This document shows, piece by piece, positions 28,866 to 32,000 of a DNA stretch of 32,000 bases. The translations under genes were made by a program, and so were the position numbers. A model generated the notes under the pieces. It worked only from the letters and a program-made list of their open reading frames with translations. It ran no database searches and was not told where the DNA came from. Numbering within the stretch: the first letter of the stretch is position 1; each line of letters begins with the position of its first letter. The DNA is from Candidatus Saccharimonadota bacterium (GTDB taxonomy: Bacteria; Patescibacteriota; Gracilibacteria; Absconditabacterales; Absconditicoccaceae). The stretch lies in contig OZ246420.1 in assembly GCA_965231145.1 (NCBI GenBank), forward strand, positions 510,001 to 542,000, given 5' to 3'.

Positions 28866-29789
28866 TTATTCTTCCATCTCAGCAGCAGTAACAATGCTTG
28901 TTCCCATTCTTCATACGACGATGCCACTTGCTCTATTTCCATAGTCCATCGCTTCTAAAAGCGATTTTCACTGAGAGAGGGCTGTTGCAACGGCTGCGAG
29001 GAATGTATCTCCGGCGCCGGTTACATCCACAATTTCCTTTGCATGAGTACGACGATGTACTATATCTCATTCACGTGGAATAAGTGTAGCACCTTTACCA
29101 GATCTTGTGACAATAATATTGGCATTATATTTTTCTATCATTTTTCTTCATTCTTCTTCTACCAGTTCATCTTCATTTTTTAGCTCTTCGTTTCCAGCCA
29201 TAGTACGGAATTCAGTAAAGTTAGGCTTAATAATATGAACGCCCGCAAACATACTACTATTCTTAGGCTTGGTATCAACTAGTATTTTGATATTATTTTC
29301 ACGAGCGTATTGTTTTATTTTATCTACCCGATCGGCACTAATAGTTCCTTTAGCGTAATCCGATATAACAATATATTCAGGAGTTTCTCTAGTGAGCACA
29401 CGTAATATTTGTTGTTTATGTTCATCACCAAGAAATATTTTTTCCTCAGCATCTAGTCTTAATAAGTATTGATTATCTGCGATAACTCTTTGTTTTACAA
29501 TAGTTGGAGCATCGGTATATAAAGGCTCAAGGTTTACTCATGCTTTAGTAGCATGATCAGTAAAGAGACTACCATTTATGTCTTTTCCAATAGGAGCAAT
29601 CAGCATGACTTCACCAAGAAGAGATGCGATATTTGCTGCAACATTTGCTGCACCACCAAGTTTATATTGTTCCTTGTTATTGTCTATCTTTACTAAGTGC
29701 GCCGCAGAATTTTCAGGATTTACTCTATTAATATTTCCATAGGTATATCTATCAAGCATCACGTCACCTATTACTGCAATCTTTCCCAT
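28866..29789 (-). CDS. hldA: D-glycero-beta-D-manno-heptose-7-phosphate kinase (RfaE/HldE domain I, PfkB family, 307 aa)
   Basis: It recalls E. coli HldE domain I along its whole length: VIGDVMLDRYTYG..R..PE, GGAANVAANIASL, VISDYAKG, IKPNFTEF, DVTGAGDTF, ASGIVV[G]RMGTS (TGA 28911-28913). Confidence 0.88.
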
Positions 29790-29807
29790 TAGTACACTTC
29801 ACCTTAA

Positions 29808-30884
29808 CTATTTAAAGAATAATTTCTTATAGATCATTTCTATCAGTATCTTCAATGCATTTCCATTTTTCTGCCCTTTCTGCAAACTGTATTCGGTATA
29901 TTTAATGCGAACTGGTACCTCTTTATAGCGAAGATGATTTCTTCTAATACAATCGAGCAACTCAGATGCATAGGTCATACCATCTGAACTCAGATGGATC
30001 TGTTCAAGAACGCTTACATGCATTGCTCTATAGCCATTGTGTGGGTCACTGATAGTAAGTCTGTTAAAAACAAGCGTCACGAGCTTTGAACCTCGTAGTA
30101 CTATCTTTCTTCCAAAAGGCATATTTTCCGCTTCTCCGCCCTTAATAAACCTCGATCCAAGAAATATTTTCGTCTCAGGATGTTTTGCTATCATCGCATG
30201 AAACTCTTCCATATCGGAAATATCCATCTGTTGATCCGCATCATAGGTAATGATCCACTCTATATGCAATTCTTTCGCATGATGTCTCAAGAAATGTAAT
30301 CCTGTCTTATTTGCAGCTCCTCCTCCTCTATTGATAGGATGTGAGATAACAACAATGGTTTTTTCTTTATATTTTTCCTGTTTCTTCTTGATTTCTTCGA
30401 CCGTATTATCTGTACTACCATCATTGACTATCACGATAGTGCTGTAACCAGCACCGATGATCTCATCGATCACATACCCAATAGTTTTTTGTTCATTATA
30501 TGCTCTTATGAGGAATGCATATTTTCCTTTTTCTCCATGATGAGCTCCATGCGAAGGCATAGCAGTACGCTCGATCGCAAGTGCACCGACGAGTCTTGTT
30601 GTATGAAATTTCTGCTTCGTGAGTTCATTGAGCAGCTCAAAGTAAAAGTATCCTAAGACAATGAGTGCTCCATAGACAATAATATCTGCCACTCTTGCTA
30701 CTCCAAATGTATTGGCAAATTTCTCCTGAAATCCTGGGTAGAAAAGCGATGCGAGGATGATAGCAGCTCCGCCGACAAATATAAGAAAATGGATGAAATT
30801 AAGCTTTCTTCTCTGCAATCCATCTATAGCAAACAGCAAAAACAGTATACTGGCAATAATCAGTATAAAACTCAATGGACTCAT
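29808..30884 (-). CDS. GT2 glycosyltransferase with an N-terminal DUF2304-like membrane domain (358 aa)
   Basis: An intact ORF with no TGA. Three N-terminal TM helices are followed by FLIRAYNEQKTI, VIVNDGSTDNT, NRGGGAANKTG and TYDADQQ. Confidence 0.8.
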   Translation of the reverse strand: MSPLSFILIIASILFLLFAIDGLQRRKLNFIHFLIFVGGAAIILASLFYPGFQEKFANTFGVARVADIIVYGALIVLGYFYFELLNELTKQKFHTTRLVGALAIERTAMPSHGAHHGEKGKYAFLIRAYNEQKTIGYVIDEIIGAGYSTIVIVNDGSTDNTVEEIKKKQEKYKEKTIVVISHPINRGGGAANKTGLHFLRHHAKELHIEWIITYDADQQMDISDMEEFHAMIAKHPETKIFLGSRFIKGGEAENMPFGRKIVLRGSKLVTLVFNRLTISDPHNGYRAMHVSVLEQIHLSSDGMTYASELLDCIRRNHLRYKEVPVRIKYTEYSLQKGQKNGNALKILIEMIYKKLFFK

Positions 30885-30900
30885 CTGTTTTTTTACAAAT

Positions 30901-30931
30901 AAAAAAATCTACCAGTAATTGGAGATTTTTT
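30901..30931. terminator. Hairpin terminator downstream of xseA
   Basis: A7 run, stem atct(a)cc/ggagat with one bulge, T6 run. Confidence 0.4.
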
Positions 30932-30999
30932 AGTCATTTAGCCATAAATTGCAATGAAAAGCTTATGAACAGCCTAGGCTGATACGCTACACTTTTTAG

Positions 31000-32000
31000 C
31001 TATTTCTTATCTTTTATTTCAACGGTAAACGCTTGATCATACACTTTCACCTCTATCTTATCCCCTATCCCTAATCCCTCTATCCTTTTCTTAGTCATAT
31101 ATTCTCCATTGCTCAAGAGCAGTGCATAGCCACTTTGGAGCATCTTTTCTGGCGATGTCGCCATAATCGTCCCATACCAGCTGTTAATATGAAATCTTGT
31201 CTCACGGACAAAACGTCAGAGTTTTTCACTGATACTACTATTCCAGAGTTCAATATTATTTCTTATCTCTTCTTTCTTATTTTTTATATTTTGAGCAATA
31301 TTTTCATAGAGAGTAAGAAGATGTCCTTCCCACATCTGCATAAGCTCAATAAGTTTATATGCTCCATCGGTAGGAGTCTTCGCGCCATATCGAGCAATAT
31401 CCTGTAGAATAAACTTATCAGGCGTGTGACCAATAGCTACAATGACTGGCACTGGCATCAGACAGATTCCTTTAGCGATATTGAGATCGTTCTGCCAGAT
31501 CATACCACTACTCTCTCCACCTCCACGGATGATAGCGACAGCATCTATTTTCTTTCACGCTTTTATGTCAGCATAAATCTTTTGCAATTGTCCATGTACT
31601 TCGTCCATAGCGTTGTTTCCATGGATCGCACAGAAATAGTTCTCATACGCTACAGCATAACCACTATGTTTCATCACTGTTTGAAAGTCTTTGAGCCCTA
31701 CAGCCGTTTCTGAAGAGATAATAGCAACTGTATAAGATGGATATCATGGCTGAAGTTGCTTGTTATTGTACGCTATGCCGAGTTTCTGCAGTTCTAGAAG
31801 GATATCATCCTGTTTCTTTTGTAACTGCCCTATCGTAAACTCGGCGCTGAGTTCTTTAATCACTATGCTGAAGCCATGTTCCTGGTGAAAAGAAAAATAG
31901 CCATGAAACAGTATCTTTGCTCCGGCAAGTTCACTCAATGCGCGAAGCTTCGTATTTCTAAGAAATGCATGGACAATAGCCTCGTCGAAAATACAAGCTT
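31000..32000 (-). CDS. xseA: Exodeoxyribonuclease VII large subunit, 3' portion (the 5' end lies beyond the window)
   Basis: ...IIRGGGESSGMIWQNDLNIAKGICLMPVPVIVAIGHTPDKFILQDIARYGAKTPTDGAY (the xseA hallmark GHE/TxD...TPT). Track ORFs 31744..31938 and 31216..31503 are in one frame joined by TGAs. Stop is TAG 31000-31002. Confidence 0.85.

Noticed and set aside
29808-30884. The DUF2304-like membrane domain fused to a GT2 as a novel architecture.
   Set aside because: As far as I recall, small DUF2304-type membrane proteins are commonly encoded next to, or fused with, GT2 polyprenol-phosphate glycosyltransferases. This is probably an ordinary variant.
1-32000. UGA = Trp (code 4, Mycoplasma-like) as the explanation for the in-frame TGAs.
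   Set aside because: The positions are invariant Gly residues (Walker A GxxGxGKT, RT GLPQ, GT2 GGxG, PfkB VVGxxGT). Trp would break these motifs.
1-32000. CRISPR arrays, transposases/IS elements, integrases, and rRNA or tRNA genes.
   Set aside because: Reading both strands, I found no regularly spaced direct repeats, no DDE, tyrosine or serine recombinase motifs, and no tRNA-like T-arm/anticodon structures. The only repeats are the small elements reported above.

Overview
This is a low-GC bacterial chromosome segment that only reads sensibly under genetic code 25 (UGA = Gly). That code is known from Absconditabacteria (SR1) and Gracilibacteria, both Patescibacteria/CPR lineages. The supplied standard-code ORF track is therefore fragmented. 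I re-translated by hand with TGA = Gly, and the fragments join into about 30 intact, tightly packed genes. In-frame TGAs fall on conserved glycines, for example the ClpC Walker A motif, RT motif B 'GLPQ', the malic enzyme 'FGGV' motif and the HldA 'VVGxxGT' motif.

Content from left to right:
- a partial peptidase-like gene and a GC-rich candidate sRNA
- clpC
- a four-helix-bundle ('23S IVS') protein cassette flanked by a 17-bp inverted repeat
- a YtxH-like peptide
- a lipoprotein with a TPM domain and a long coiled coil
- an SOS-boxed orphan UmuD-like S24 peptidase
- an HD_4 hydrolase
- a tRNA-dependent cyclodipeptide synthase fused to a type-2 periplasmic-binding-protein domain
- a NUDIX hydrolase
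- a very AT-rich island with a 702-aa stand-alone Abi/UG-like reverse transcriptase containing 12 UGA-Gly codons
- malic enzyme
- a ~17-kb glycan locus in two convergent operons, containing a Wzx flippase, GT2/GT4/GT9 transferases, FkbM and SAM methyltransferases, the heptose-7-P kinase HldA, and a GtrA/GT2/GT-C module
- the 3' part of xseA

No rRNA, tRNA, CRISPR array or transposase was recognised. The most interesting candidates are the recoded stand-alone RT island and the CDPS-PBP fusion. All calls come from manual translation and motif recognition. Hairpin coordinates are accurate to within a few nt.
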